Notes: a model not told the origin generated them from the sequence alone. A stretch of DNA of 64,000 bases from an uncultured Gammaproteobacteria bacterium (GCA_964394565.1 CAYMYA010000001.1:4124-68123); one strand, 5' to 3'. Shown: positions 28,713 through 39,458, counted from the first letter of the stretch. A program made the numbers and translations.

Positions 28713-30292
28713 CGCATGCGCTGAAACAATGGTTTGACCGGAATACTGCATACAGCCTTCTTGGTTTACTGGTGCTCCATGGCGTGGCATGGCTGACCCA
28801 ACACACGGCGTGGACCGCGATTCCATTCGCAATCATTGTCATTGCCACGCTCATCGTCTCGTGCAAATCGTTGACGTGGGGATTCGCGATTGCAATGCTT
28901 GAGATTATTATCGGCGGCCACGGACATCTCATCGATATCTCACTCGGCATGACGGTTGGTTTACGTCTTGGTATCTTCGGGGCGGTGATGGTCAGCGTGC
29001 TCTATCATCTCTTGGTGAAGAAGGTTCGGCCGGTGTTTGTGTTCGAGCGTGATATGCCGATTCTCGTGATTCTCGGGGCGGTGATCATCGGATCGATGAT
29101 TGGTGTAGCGAACAATCCGTTCGGCCAGGTGTTCGATGACGCGAACGCATTTGTGACGTTGCTGTACCTGCTTCCAGTCTCGATGATTGTGTGGACAAAT
29201 GAGGCGAAGCGGATTGTACTTTGGACATTCGCACTCGGCGCGACATGGGTGGCAGGATCGTCGCTGTTCTTGTTGTATTACTTCACACATTCAAGTCCCG
29301 ATGCAATCTGGGCGATGTATCACTTTATCCGCGATGCGAGACTCGCTGAAGTAACATTGCTTTCTGGCCCGTCGTGGCTTGTGGCAACGTTCCCGAATGG
29401 CCCGTGGTTTTTTCGGGTGTTTGAGCCCGCGCAGGCATTTGTGATGCTGTTTACGTTTGTACTGTGTTCGATGGTGTGTTACGTGGCAAAAACTTGGAAA
29501 TATCGATTAATGATGACCATTCCTCTTGCGCTGATGTTCGCAGTCGATTTGAGCGGACAGTCGCGGAGTTTTTGGATCGGTTTGATCGTCGGCGGCATCG
29601 CTCTTGCTGGTGCGGTGCTGTACGAACGTCCGAGTGCGCGTGAGGTCATCCGAATGAAGGCGACCGGTGTCATCGCGATCGTTATTGCGATCGTCATGAT
29701 GTGGGTTGCAATTGTGTTGCCATTACCATCACGTCCTGATGTATCCAACTCTCCATATTACAAAGGACAAGATGATGATACGCGCGATCTTGCGGTTTCG
29801 AGCCGTTGGAATTTGTTGACGCCGATGATGGAGAGTATAGGTAAATCCCCGGTGTGGGGAACGGGGTTCGGAACCACGGTGACATTTATTTCGGACGATC
29901 CGCGTGTGCGCGCAACCAACCCAAATGGCGAGTGGACGACGTATCGATTCGAGTGGGGATTCCATGATATTTGGATGAAGATGGGACTCCTCGGGCTCTT
30001 TGCATTTGCGTGGTACTTTTTCTCGGTATTGCGTGCAGCGACACGATCGATTCGATCGAAACAGGAAACGCGTTGGCTGACGGTGTCACTTGCAGTTGGT
30101 GTTGTGGCAATTTTTGCATCACACGCATTTTCGCCGTATTTGAACCACCCAATCGGACTCGGATTTATGGTTATGATCTTGCCGTTTATGCCGTGGCAAA
30201 AAAAGGATTTGCCAACGATGGCGTCGGTGATCGATGCCGTTCCAAAAGTGAGTGTTCCTCAAGCACGAAAACCGATCACCGTGCGAGAATAA
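28709..30292 (+). CDS. O-antigen ligase/polymerase-like (Wzy_C) membrane protein
   Basis: Multiple TM segments with SRSFWIG, SSRW, PVWGTGFG and KMGLLG. Confidence 0.8.
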   Translation: MTHALKQWFDRNTAYSLLGLLVLHGVAWLTQHTAWTAIPFAIIVIATLIVSCKSLTWGFAIAMLEIIIGGHGHLIDISLGMTVGLRLGIFGAVMVSVLYHLLVKKVRPVFVFERDMPILVILGAVIIGSMIGVANNPFGQVFDDANAFVTLLYLLPVSMIVWTNEAKRIVLWTFALGATWVAGSSLFLLYYFTHSSPDAIWAMYHFIRDARLAEVTLLSGPSWLVATFPNGPWFFRVFEPAQAFVMLFTFVLCSMVCYVAKTWKYRLMMTIPLALMFAVDLSGQSRSFWIGLIVGGIALAGAVLYERPSAREVIRMKATGVIAIVIAIVMMWVAIVLPLPSRPDVSNSPYYKGQDDDTRDLAVSSRWNLLTPMMESIGKSPVWGTGFGTTVTFISDDPRVRATNPNGEWTTYRFEWGFHDIWMKMGLLGLFAFAWYFFSVLRAATRSIRSKQETRWLTVSLAVGVVAIFASHAFSPYLNHPIGLGFMVMILPFMPWQKKDLPTMASVIDAVPKVSVPQARKPITVRE

Positions 30293-30305
30293 ATAACACT
30301 TGCAC

Positions 30306-31229
30306 CTATTTTTTCAAATACCCTCGCACGAAATCTGCACCGGACATGCTCTTAGTATTTGCGGGCTGTAGGGTGAAAATTTCAAATGGCATATCGCCCG
30401 CCATGCAGAATAATCGACCGTCGGTACTGGACGGCCCTGTGGTAGCCGATCGATCCAACTGCGGTGCAGGAGCACCGCTGAGGATTTTTACGAGCGTTTC
30501 GGTTCCGTTGAGACTCCAGGTGGTCCATGTCCCTGGCCAGGGGGTGTACGCGCGAATCTTTCGGTCGATCACGGCCGCGGGCTGTGTCCAGTCGATACGT
30601 CCATCCTCTTTGGAGAGTAATGCGCAGACAGAGATGCCACGAGTGGGCTGAGCGACAGGCATGAGCGACCCAGCGACGTATCCTTTGAGGGAATCGATGA
30701 GGAGTGGCGCGGCAATGGCAACGACTTTTTCGGTGAGCGATTGGGTTGTTTCGTCTGGCGCGATCGGAATTGACGCTTGTGCGAGGAGTGGGCCAGTGTC
30801 CATGCCCTCGTCGATGGTCATAATTGAAACTCCCGTCACAGTGTCTCCAGCGGCAATGGCGGCTTGCATTGGGGAGGGGCCGCGGTATTTTGGTAATAGG
30901 GAAGGGTGAACGTTCACAAAACCCTTCGGAATACGCTCAAGAAGAACCTTCGGGAGAATACGGCCATATGCTACGATCACTGCGACATCGGCGCGTGTTG
31001 CATCGAGTGCTTCAAGAAATGCTTCGTCGCGTAGCTTGATTGGCTGGAAAACAGGAATGTTGTGTGTGAGCGCAAATTGCTTGGTCGGCGGTGCGGTGAG
31101 GATTTTTTTCCGTCCAACATGTTTGTCTGACTGGCATACCACTCCAACAATGGAACATTCAGGATCTGCATGGACAGCGGCGAGAATTTCCGCGGAAAAT
31201 GCTGGAGTACCGAAAAAAAGAACGCGCAT
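30306..31229 (-). CDS. fmt: Methionyl-tRNA formyltransferase
   Basis: Motifs FFGTPAF, NVHPSLLPKYRGPSP and MDTGP. Confidence 0.96.
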   Translation of the reverse strand: MRVLFFGTPAFSAEILAAVHADPECSIVGVVCQSDKHVGRKKILTAPPTKQFALTHNIPVFQPIKLRDEAFLEALDATRADVAVIVAYGRILPKVLLERIPKGFVNVHPSLLPKYRGPSPMQAAIAAGDTVTGVSIMTIDEGMDTGPLLAQASIPIAPDETTQSLTEKVVAIAAPLLIDSLKGYVAGSLMPVAQPTRGISVCALLSKEDGRIDWTQPAAVIDRKIRAYTPWPGTWTTWSLNGTETLVKILSGAPAPQLDRSATTGPSSTDGRLFCMAGDMPFEIFTLQPANTKSMSGADFVRGYLKK

Positions 31230-31232
31230 ACG

Positions 31233-31703
31233 CTAAAGTGTGGACGCTTTCTTAATATTTTCCGCACGATCGATAAACAAGATGCCATCCAGGTGATCAA
31301 TTTCATGCTGAAAGATCGTTGCGAGTAGACCCTGTGCCTTGATGACGACTGCACCCCCGTTTTCGACGATTGCATTGACGGTGACAGAGCGGTGGCGCTT
31401 CACGATGCCCCAACATCCTGGAACTGAGAGGCAGCCTTCTTCGCTCTCTATCATGCGAAATGATCGTTCCGTGATGCGGGGATTTATGTATGCCGTAGGA
31501 ATTCCATCGTTCTCTACAATAATGACTCTGTCGTGGACACCAATTTGTGGCGCAGCAATACCAACGCCGTTTTCTTTCTTCATGGTTTCCTTCAGTTCAT
31601 CGATGAGCAGCTGCATTTCTGGTGTAACAATACGATCAACGGACACTGCTTCGCTGACCTTGCGCAGATTGTCATTGGGTTCATGGAGGACGGGTCTTGA
31701 CAT
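31233..31703 (-). CDS. def: Peptide deformylase
   Basis: Motifs GVGIAAPQIG, EGCLSVPG and QHEIDHLDG. Confidence 0.97.
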   Translation of the reverse strand: MSRPVLHEPNDNLRKVSEAVSVDRIVTPEMQLLIDELKETMKKENGVGIAAPQIGVHDRVIIVENDGIPTAYINPRITERSFRMIESEEGCLSVPGCWGIVKRHRSVTVNAIVENGGAVVIKAQGLLATIFQHEIDHLDGILFIDRAENIKKASTL

Positions 31704-31706
31704 AGG

Positions 31707-33488
31707 TTACTGTTGAATACGAATATTGATGTGATCAGGAATTTCTGGAAAATGGCGTTGCCATGTGTGAAAGATTTCTCGTGAGATTTTTGCCGTAAGC
31801 ATTCCGTGACGTTCGACAAGATGAGGGATGAATATCGAGGGGAGATCTTCGCGTGACGCGTGTTCAAATGTGACGATGACGCCAAATGGTGGAAGGAGAT
31901 ATGTCTGTCGCATTGCACATTCGTGCATGAGCACGTGCTCTGGTCCAAGCAATGTCAGGAGCCGATCGCGTGCGATGGTTTGAATGATGCATTCGGCATG
32001 TTCTCGTGCGGCGAAATGTTGGAGTCGCTGAATTTTCCGTGCAGTCTTTTCGGCACCACGAAAATCTCCCGGGGTATAACCTACGTCGGCGAGGAGTTCG
32101 GCGACAAGCCCGAACCCATAGGTGTGGAAGGGAATGAGCACACTGCTCCAAAAATATTCCGTCACGACAACGATATCAGCAGTGAGATCTATACGCCCTT
32201 TCTCGATCTGTCCGATGCTGTGAGAAGGGAATACGACTTTGAGATCGTCGACAATGCGCGCACCGCCCACAAGCCTTGGTCCTACTTTCTGTGAGCCACA
32301 GGCGGGACATGTTGTTGGCTTCCACATTTCCGCACCGCAGGCTTCGCAAAGAAGATCTTGCAGCCGCACGACGGGAAGGTTTCCGCACGTTCCGCAAAAT
32401 GGCACATGGCCACAGTCTTTACACTCTAGACGTTTTGCAACGCCTTTGCGGTTTAAAGAGAGTAGCACTCTTTTTCCGCTATGTAAAGCCGTTTTTATGG
32501 CCTCTAAGAGTGTTTGTGAGAGGAGTGGATAGCCGCTTGATTCTCCGCGGTTTGTGGTGTCAAGAATTTGCGGCGCAGAAGCCTGATATTGAGCGGAGAG
32601 ATGTTCTTGACGCGGTGTCTGATCAGCGCGCGCACACGAATGCTCGGTTATTGGTGGAAGAGCATCGGTAAGAACAAGACGCGCCCCGTGAAGCGCTGCG
32701 AGTGCCGTTGCGGTACGGACGGCATCGATGTGGGGATTCCGCAGTACACTCCCATGATCTTCACACGCCGCTTGAACCACAAGAATGGTTTCCAGAGACT
32801 TTGGTTCAATCAGTACCGTCTGTCGTGTACCGACAAGGAGTTGATGATCGCCGCGCTTCCATGTGCGAAGTACTGCATTCCGATCCGATGGTTTTGTTTT
32901 CCCCGTAAGGAGCATGGGACGGAACGGGCTCAGGAGCTTTTCAAAAAAACGTGCATCACGTTCTCGCGGGACAAGAATGATGGTTTGGCCACGAGCAGAG
33001 GTTGTGAGCGCATGAGCGAGGACGGCGACGGTTTCGTCATCTGTCGCGAAAGATGCATATGGGGATTCGCGGATAATTTTCAGCATGCTGCGTACCACCG
33101 TGATGATATCTTTTGGTATGGAAAATGAAGGGGAGGCTCCGGGATTCTGAACCGAGAACGATGCGTCATATGGCAGAAATCCCTCAAACGCAACACTAAG
33201 AATAGACGACATCGATTGTCCGAGCTCAGTTGCAATGGTGTGCAGATGCTTTCGTTGCGTTGCGCTGACGGAAAACAGTGCAGGCGATGGTGACAGTTCG
33301 ATCACACGTGGCTCTGCGGTCGTCTCGCAGATTTCTTGAATGAGGCCAAACATTGGACGGTGGCGGAAGGAAATATTGACGATATCGCCAACGCGAACAG
33401 GACTTCCGTTTGGGATACGGTAATCGAATGCCCCAAACCGTCGGGGAAGTTTCAAGATCGGGTATATTTTTGCGAACACAATCATCAA
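31707..33488 (-). CDS. priA: Primosomal protein N' with degenerate helicase motifs
   Basis: N-terminal FDYRIP, LLVGTR, LNRKG, four CxxC pairs and LPPF. No Walker A or DEEH motif. Confidence 0.8.
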   Translation of the reverse strand: MMIVFAKIYPILKLPRRFGAFDYRIPNGSPVRVGDIVNISFRHRPMFGLIQEICETTAEPRVIELSPSPALFSVSATQRKHLHTIATELGQSMSSILSVAFEGFLPYDASFSVQNPGASPSFSIPKDIITVVRSMLKIIRESPYASFATDDETVAVLAHALTTSARGQTIILVPRERDARFFEKLLSPFRPMLLTGKTKPSDRNAVLRTWKRGDHQLLVGTRQTVLIEPKSLETILVVQAACEDHGSVLRNPHIDAVRTATALAALHGARLVLTDALPPITEHSCARADQTPRQEHLSAQYQASAPQILDTTNRGESSGYPLLSQTLLEAIKTALHSGKRVLLSLNRKGVAKRLECKDCGHVPFCGTCGNLPVVRLQDLLCEACGAEMWKPTTCPACGSQKVGPRLVGGARIVDDLKVVFPSHSIGQIEKGRIDLTADIVVVTEYFWSSVLIPFHTYGFGLVAELLADVGYTPGDFRGAEKTARKIQRLQHFAAREHAECIIQTIARDRLLTLLGPEHVLMHECAMRQTYLLPPFGVIVTFEHASREDLPSIFIPHLVERHGMLTAKISREIFHTWQRHFPEIPDHINIRIQQ

Positions 33489-34273
33489 ATACGCAGCTCT
33501 GCAAGGAGTAGTCCAACCCCAAATGGCGCTTCATGCGAAAGGACGGCGCTCTCGACCGGAGACCCATCTAAGGTGCCGAAAAGCATCACGATTTGGCGAT
33601 ACGATGCATCTTTCGCGTTTGCTAAAATGTTCGGATCGATTTGTAAGAGCCCTGCAGAATTTTTTTGCGCAACCAGCGTTGCTAACTGATCATCAAAGAT
33701 TTTTCCGTCTTCATGAAATTCGCCCGGAGCATCCTCGGATCGCGTGTGGGAGCCGTCGCCACAAGCCAAAACCGCAATACGCTTCGAGCTACTCATGAGC
33801 GATTCTCGTAATGCAGTACCGAAATCGAAGTGTTCTTTTGGTGTTTTGTTACATGGTGCAATCGGTAAAATACAAACGTCAGGCAGGTGTTCAGCCAGGA
33901 AGGCTAAAGGAACCGTTGCAGAAAATGGAAGTTCTTTTTCTGTTTCAAGTGTTATTGCATGTCCAAGACGACGCATGTTCCGTTGTATTGTGTCCGCAAG
34001 CATGAAATCTGTGGTATAGGTTTTGCTGTACCCTAAATCCCCAAATTCTGCTAATCCAGCATGATACGGATCAGCGACATTGATTGCGAATGCATCGACA
34101 GGCGTTTCTGTGTGATCACAGAACAACACAATCGTTTCTGGTTTTGTAGCAAAGAGTTCTTCTGAAAGAATCGTAAACGCGTTTCTGGTTTTTGCTGCAG
34201 CGTTCACTCGTTCTGGGTTGACCGATTCGATCAAGAGTGGCGTGCAGGGAACTATTGCGGCGAAAACAATCAT
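33485..34273 (-). CDS. LigB/Memo-like (AmmeMemoRadiSam protein B type) protein
   Basis: Motifs KPETIV, VPLAFL, RIAVLACGDGSH and HEAPFGVG. Confidence 0.75.
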   Translation of the reverse strand: MIVFAAIVPCTPLLIESVNPERVNAAAKTRNAFTILSEELFATKPETIVLFCDHTETPVDAFAINVADPYHAGLAEFGDLGYSKTYTTDFMLADTIQRNMRRLGHAITLETEKELPFSATVPLAFLAEHLPDVCILPIAPCNKTPKEHFDFGTALRESLMSSSKRIAVLACGDGSHTRSEDAPGEFHEDGKIFDDQLATLVAQKNSAGLLQIDPNILANAKDASYRQIVMLFGTLDGSPVESAVLSHEAPFGVGLLLAELRI

Positions 34274-34278
34274 ATGCG

Positions 34279-35646
34279 TTACTCGACGGCACCAAGATCT
34301 GCGCCGACCTTGTGAAGATTTAACACGTCATCGCTCACAAAGACAATATTTTCCCACGCGTACCCATAATCATTGAAGGTTTGTTCGCTATCGATTGCGT
34401 GACGCTTTCCTTCAGCAACAACGTACACCGTTGGATTTTCCATGGAACGCACGAGTGTTCCATCGGGAAGTTTCAGAAACGCCCCTTCGCGGTATTGTTC
34501 AATTTCTACTGGTTCTGCGGATTCTATGCGTGCACTCGGCATTTGCGCTTCAAGAATCGCGGGATCCAAAATTGCCATGCGCTGGCCGTCTTTGAGGAGA
34601 AACATTGCTCCGTTTTTCAGCTGCACCACGCGACCTGACGGATCTTGTGTCGCTGCAGTGATTGGTTCGCCAACTTCGTATGTGGCAACTTCTTGTGCGG
34701 TAATCTCAATGAGTTCCGCTTCAGAAAAGCCTATTGAACGAAATGCTTCCATGGATTCAATATGTCGCATGGCATCGTCAACAAGCAGATAAATATTTCC
34801 ATGTTCATCCTTGACAAGAGAATAATTTGCTAACGATATTTCATCGCCGACCGGATATTGCTCAAGAACTGTGGATGCAACCGTAATGATGAGACGAGCA
34901 TTATAGCGCGACGTCAGTGCGCTTTGGCTGGTGATGGGTCGGCGATACCCTTGTTCAATACGCCACACGCCGCTTTCACCCGCAGCCTGCAGCAGTGTTC
35001 CAGTCGGATATTCTTTTCCGAACCATGCATCCCAAATTTTCACAAAGTTTTCATTGCCGTGCAAATGGGGCGTATATGCATACATTGCTGCAGTCGCAGC
35101 ATTGAATGGTACGACCGTGGTTCCGTCAATGTTCACGGGGACATTCGTGCCATATTTTCCCGCGGTCACTCCGTACGTTTCGATGTCCGCTAAATATCCC
35201 TCGATAAATTGCAATGAAGCAGAGTTGATTTGCTTTCCAAATCCCTGCCAACGCGAAACACCGGCATCGGTCATGGAACAATCGTCACATACACCGTAAC
35301 CTGTCGCCCAATCGTATTGTTTTTCAGTGGGATCTTGATCTTCAACGAGACTCTGCTCTTTTTGCAGGAGGACTAAGAGGAAGCGAGGATTGATGCCGTG
35401 TTGTTGTGCGGCGCGCCAAATAATGTCTGCTGCATTGCGTGTAACGCCTTCCCAGTCTGCGGTGCGATACTCTGCGAGTGTCCCGCGTTCCAAAAATGCT
35501 TGGATCTGATTTCGATCCATCGCTTGAGCATCCTGAAGTTCTTCATCTGAAATGATATAATTTGGATTAAATGCCAAAGCGCTGGCTGGCAAAAGGAGGG
35601 CAAAAAATCCCCCAATGGTACTAAGAAGCAGTGATCGTATAATCAT
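34279..35646 (-). CDS. Secreted lysozyme-like/'hemagglutinin'-domain protein with three C-terminal repeats
   Basis: Signal peptide, FNPNYIISD, INPRFLLVLLQKEQSL and YAYTPH. Repeats of the form GTLVR...VYVV.EGKRHAI.SE.TF. Confidence 0.7.
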   Translation of the reverse strand: MIIRSLLLSTIGGFFALLLPASALAFNPNYIISDEELQDAQAMDRNQIQAFLERGTLAEYRTADWEGVTRNAADIIWRAAQQHGINPRFLLVLLQKEQSLVEDQDPTEKQYDWATGYGVCDDCSMTDAGVSRWQGFGKQINSASLQFIEGYLADIETYGVTAGKYGTNVPVNIDGTTVVPFNAATAAMYAYTPHLHGNENFVKIWDAWFGKEYPTGTLLQAAGESGVWRIEQGYRRPITSQSALTSRYNARLIITVASTVLEQYPVGDEISLANYSLVKDEHGNIYLLVDDAMRHIESMEAFRSIGFSEAELIEITAQEVATYEVGEPITAATQDPSGRVVQLKNGAMFLLKDGQRMAILDPAILEAQMPSARIESAEPVEIEQYREGAFLKLPDGTLVRSMENPTVYVVAEGKRHAIDSEQTFNDYGYAWENIVFVSDDVLNLHKVGADLGAVE

Positions 35647-35742
35647 ACGTTCACAGTATAGCGAACCCCTCGTGCGTTGACACGTTTCGCCTGGGGAAGC
35701 ATTATTTGGCCGTAGGATACGTATAATTTTCTTCATCACATT

Positions 35743-36330
35743 ATGGCAAACCTTTCCGTTCCAATTCAAAAATTTATGCCGAATTTGCTCCATCTTTTGT
35801 CGCCTTGGGCAAATGAGGAAAAGCGTATTCTCAATGGTTTGATCGAGGTAAATGCGCGAAGCATTAACAAATATGAGTTCATTACAGAAACAGGCCACCT
35901 AAAGCTCGACCGGGTTGGTTACTCAACACTGTCGTATCCTGGAGCATACGGATTGATTCCTCAAACGTGGGACCAGGATAACGACATGCTGGATTTTATT
36001 CTTGCGAATGTCACGGAAACGCTTGTCCCTGGATCGCTCGTGGAATTGCGCGTGATTGGGATTATGAAGTTTGAGGACGGCGGAGAAATTGATGACAAAA
36101 TTATTTGCGTTCCTGCCGACGATAAACGATCTGATCACATCGTTTCGTATAAAGATTTGGGTGCGCATTGGGAAAAGGAAACTGCACATTACTTTGAGTA
36201 TTACAAACACTTGAAAAAGCCAGGAACATGCAAGGTACTCGGATTTTTCGAGGCCGACGAAGCGGTAAACGTCATTCGCGAATGCACTGAAAGGTATCGT
36301 ACAGAAATCCTTCCGAAGATCGAGGGGTAG
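35743..36330 (+). CDS. ppa: Inorganic pyrophosphatase, family I
   Basis: Motifs NKYE, LDR, YGLIPQT, DNDMLD, DGGEIDDK and FEYYK. Confidence 0.93.
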   Translation: MANLSVPIQKFMPNLLHLLSPWANEEKRILNGLIEVNARSINKYEFITETGHLKLDRVGYSTLSYPGAYGLIPQTWDQDNDMLDFILANVTETLVPGSLVELRVIGIMKFEDGGEIDDKIICVPADDKRSDHIVSYKDLGAHWEKETAHYFEYYKHLKKPGTCKVLGFFEADEAVNVIRECTERYRTEILPKIEG

Positions 36331-36360
36331 AATCAAACATAAAAAAAAGAGTGTCAAACT

Positions 36361-36401
36361 GAAGACCGCACCCCGAGAGCGAACGCCCGGGGGCGGTCTT
36401 C
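36361..36401. terminator. GC-rich hairpin between ppa and a convergent small ORF
   Basis: GAAGACCGC-A-CCCCG...CGGGG-GCGGTCTTC. Confidence 0.65.
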
Positions 36402-36435
36402 TTAGAGTGCGGCAGCGCGTTGTAGGTTGACTGTC

Positions 36436-36606
36436 CTACCGCCCGATCTCCCCGCAGGGGCTCGGGCAGGGTGCGAAGCACTTCGGCTCCTCACACTTTC
36501 CACCGATCCCACCGCAGCAGAGCGCGATGAGGATTGAGATCACTACGGTGGCTGCGATCAGCCACCCGCATCCGTTGCCCGAGGTTTCTGCTCCACTGCC
36601 TGACAT
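36436..36606 (-). CDS. Small Cys-rich single-TM peptide (56 aa)
   Basis: GGAGG lies 6 nt before ATG 36606. Promoter TGGACT-N17-TATTGT with an extended TG. Seven Cys residues. Confidence 0.6.
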   Translation of the reverse strand: MSGSGAETSGNGCGWLIAATVVISILIALCCGGIGGKCEEPKCFAPCPSPCGEIGR

Positions 36607-36731
36607 CGTTGCCTCCATGGTTGTGCAACTGGATACAATAGCATAAAAATGAGGAAAAGTCCAGCAATTAATCCAAATAAGCCCAAATTATTGGGTGTTT
36701 GAGAAGGGGAGGGGGCGTGAAACACTGTCGA

Positions 36732-39350
36732 CTAAACAAACGTCACGGTATCCTTTTTGACGTCAACGGTGACAGAGGAATCGATGGCGATGTTGCCCTT
36801 TACAATTTCCAGGGCGAGGGGATCGAGAATTTTGGATTGAATGACGCGCTTTAATGGGCGAGCGCCGTACAAGACGTCGAATCCTTGTTCCGCGAGATAT
36901 TTCTTGGCGCGATCAGTGAATGTTACAGCGATATTTCGTGCTGTTTTTAGCCGTTCCACTACGAGGGCGAGCTGGAGATTGACAATAGAAACGATGTCGT
37001 CCTTGCTCAGCGCGTGGAACACAATAGTTTCATCAATGCGGTTGAGGAATTCTGGACGGAAATGATCGCGCAACATGTCCAATACTTTTTCTTTTGTCGC
37101 TTCATGTTTCGCACCATCGTCTTCCGCGAAGCCAATTTTGCGCCCACTGTTCAGGATGACTTCGCTGCCGATATTCGACGTCATGATGATAATGGTATTT
37201 TTGAAATTCACCACACGCCCTTTTGCATCCGTCATGCGGCCGTCATCCAGAATTTGCAAAAGCATATTGAACACATCCGGATGGGCTTTTTCGACTTCAT
37301 CCAAAAGCACAACAGAGTAGGGGTGTTTGCGAATCTTTTCTGCAAGCTGGCCGCCTTCCTCATATCCAACATAGCCCGGAGGTGAACCGATCATTTTGCT
37401 GACGCTATGTTTTTCCATGTATTCGCTCATGTCTAGGCGAATGAGCGATTTCTCATCATTAAACATGAATGCCGCGAGTGCGCGTGCCAGTTCCGTTTTT
37501 CCAACACCAGTCGGTCCAAGGAAGATGAACGAACCGATCGGTTTTTTTTCTTCAGAAAGTCCAGCACGAGAACGACGCAACGCATTACTAACGGCAGTGA
37601 TAGCTTCGTCCTGCCCAACAACGTGCTTGCGAAGCTCTTCTTCCATACGTGCGAGTTTCTCCATATCACTTTCAAGCATTTTGGACACTGGAATATGCGT
37701 CCAACGGCCGACGACCGTCGCGATGTCTTCTTCGGTAATCACTTCTTTCAACAAGCCGCGTTCTGCTTGAAATTTTTTGAGTTCTTGTTCCTTTGCGGTG
37801 AGATCCTCACGTTTTGCTGGAAGTTCTGCATAGCGAATTTCCGCCACGCGTTCAAGGTTCCCGCGACGCTCTTCGTATTCCGCTTCGTTGGTGAGTTTAT
37901 CAATTTCACCTTTGCGCTCACGAATCGTTGCGATTAATTGTTTTTCGTTCGTCCATCGTAGTGACACTTCTGCAGAACGTTCCTTGCTATCGGCAATGAG
38001 TTTTTCAATTTCCTTGAGGCGCTCTTTCGACGCTTTGTCGTCTTCTTTTAATAACGCTTGCCGTTCAATTTGGAGACGCATCTCTTCGCGCGTCATCCGG
38101 TCCAAATCTTCTGGCATGGAATCGATTTGTAGCCGGAGACCTGCAGCGGCTTCGTCGATTAAATCAATCGCTTTATCCGGCAACTGCCGATCAGAAATGT
38201 ATCGCGCAGAAAGTGTTGCAGCGGCAACAATAGCGTTATCGGAAATGCGAACACCGTGATGAATTTCATAGCGCTCTTTAATACCGCGCAAGATAGCAAT
38301 CGCGTCCTCCACCGACGGCTCTTCAACCATAATGGGCTGGAATCGGCGCTCGAGTGCTTGATCTTTTTCAATATGTCGCTGATATTCCTTGGTAGTTGTC
38401 GCGCCAATAACACGCAGTTCGCCTCGCGCTAATGCCGGCTTCAGAAGATTGCTCGCGTCCATAGGTGACTCGTCACCTTTTCCGGCGCCGACCAGCATGT
38501 GAAGTTCGTCGATGAAGAGGATGTACTTGCCTTCGGACTGCGTGACTTCTTTCATGACGGCCTTGAGACGCTCCTCAAATTCTCCACGAAATTTTGTGCC
38601 AGCAATTAATGCGCCAAGGTCGAGTGAAACGATTTCTTTTTGCTTCAGTGTTTCTGGAACGTCGCCCGCCACAACACGAAGAGCCAAGCCTTCTACAATC
38701 GCTGTTTTTCCAACCCCAGCCTCGCCAATGAGGACAGGGTTATTTTTTGTACGACGAGAAAGCACCTGCATGACACGACGAATTTCTTCATCCCGACCAA
38801 TCACGGGATCAAGCTTTCCATGTCGCGCGCGTTCAGTAAGATTTTGACTGTATTTTTCGATCGCCTGATATTTTGCTTCAGGATCCTGCGAATCAACACG
38901 TTGACTGCCACGAAGATCCTTCAGAGCTTGAAGAATGAGCGCTTCAGTAACCTGATGCTCAGCAAGCATGGCCGCGATCGGTCGATCAATGAGCAGACCA
39001 AGTAATAAATGTTCAGTAGAAATATACTCGTCACCAAATTGTTTTGCGGTTTTCGCAGAGGCTTCAAGCACATGCGCGAGGGCAGGGGTAAGAATGATTT
39101 GGCCAATGCCGCCACGCTCGCGCTTGCCGTGCTTTGGGAGGCTATCGCACATCCGATCAATATCGCCCAATAGTGCAGGAAGACTCGTGGCCATTTTTTG
39201 AAAAATTGTCACCACAAAACCGCCCTCTTGACGGGCAAGTGCCGCGAGAAGATGAATCGGTTCAACGCCCTGTTGTCCGTTTTCGTCGGCAAACATTTGC
39301 GCACTCTGGATTGCTTCTTGCGATTTGCTGGTGAAATTGTTGGGAATCAT
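36732..39350 (-). CDS. clpB: ATP-dependent chaperone ClpB
   Basis: Two AAA+ modules (GEAGVGKT and GPTGVGKT), a coiled-coil M domain, and GARPLKR. Confidence 0.96.
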   Translation of the reverse strand: MIPNNFTSKSQEAIQSAQMFADENGQQGVEPIHLLAALARQEGGFVVTIFQKMATSLPALLGDIDRMCDSLPKHGKRERGGIGQIILTPALAHVLEASAKTAKQFGDEYISTEHLLLGLLIDRPIAAMLAEHQVTEALILQALKDLRGSQRVDSQDPEAKYQAIEKYSQNLTERARHGKLDPVIGRDEEIRRVMQVLSRRTKNNPVLIGEAGVGKTAIVEGLALRVVAGDVPETLKQKEIVSLDLGALIAGTKFRGEFEERLKAVMKEVTQSEGKYILFIDELHMLVGAGKGDESPMDASNLLKPALARGELRVIGATTTKEYQRHIEKDQALERRFQPIMVEEPSVEDAIAILRGIKERYEIHHGVRISDNAIVAAATLSARYISDRQLPDKAIDLIDEAAAGLRLQIDSMPEDLDRMTREEMRLQIERQALLKEDDKASKERLKEIEKLIADSKERSAEVSLRWTNEKQLIATIRERKGEIDKLTNEAEYEERRGNLERVAEIRYAELPAKREDLTAKEQELKKFQAERGLLKEVITEEDIATVVGRWTHIPVSKMLESDMEKLARMEEELRKHVVGQDEAITAVSNALRRSRAGLSEEKKPIGSFIFLGPTGVGKTELARALAAFMFNDEKSLIRLDMSEYMEKHSVSKMIGSPPGYVGYEEGGQLAEKIRKHPYSVVLLDEVEKAHPDVFNMLLQILDDGRMTDAKGRVVNFKNTIIIMTSNIGSEVILNSGRKIGFAEDDGAKHEATKEKVLDMLRDHFRPEFLNRIDETIVFHALSKDDIVSIVNLQLALVVERLKTARNIAVTFTDRAKKYLAEQGFDVLYGARPLKRVIQSKILDPLALEIVKGNIAIDSSVTVDVKKDTVTFV

Positions 39351-39368
39351 AGCCAAATTTTCACGGTA

Positions 39369-39395
39369 TTAGCACTCACCATGATAGAGTGCTAA
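39369..39395. promoter_or_regulatory. CIRCE element (HrcA operator) overlapping the clpB sigma70 promoter
   Basis: Perfect TTAGCACTC-N9-GAGTGCTAA. The minus-strand promoter TTGACG-N17-TATCAT lies at 39409..39381. Confidence 0.95.
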
Positions 39396-39458
39396 TACCG
39401 AATCGTCAACGGTGTGGTTATTCACAGGTTGGGAAAAATATGCTAACATTGGCGCTAT

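Noticed and set aside
32590-32650. Weak hairpin centred on CTGATCAG inside a priA linker
   Set aside because: The pairing is loose and no second copy was seen, so it cannot be called an inserted element.
36650-36665. GAGGAAAAGTCCAG resembling the RNase P RNA motif GAGGAAAGUCC
   Set aside because: It has an extra A and no downstream P4 partner. It is better explained as the minus-strand promoter of the small ORF.
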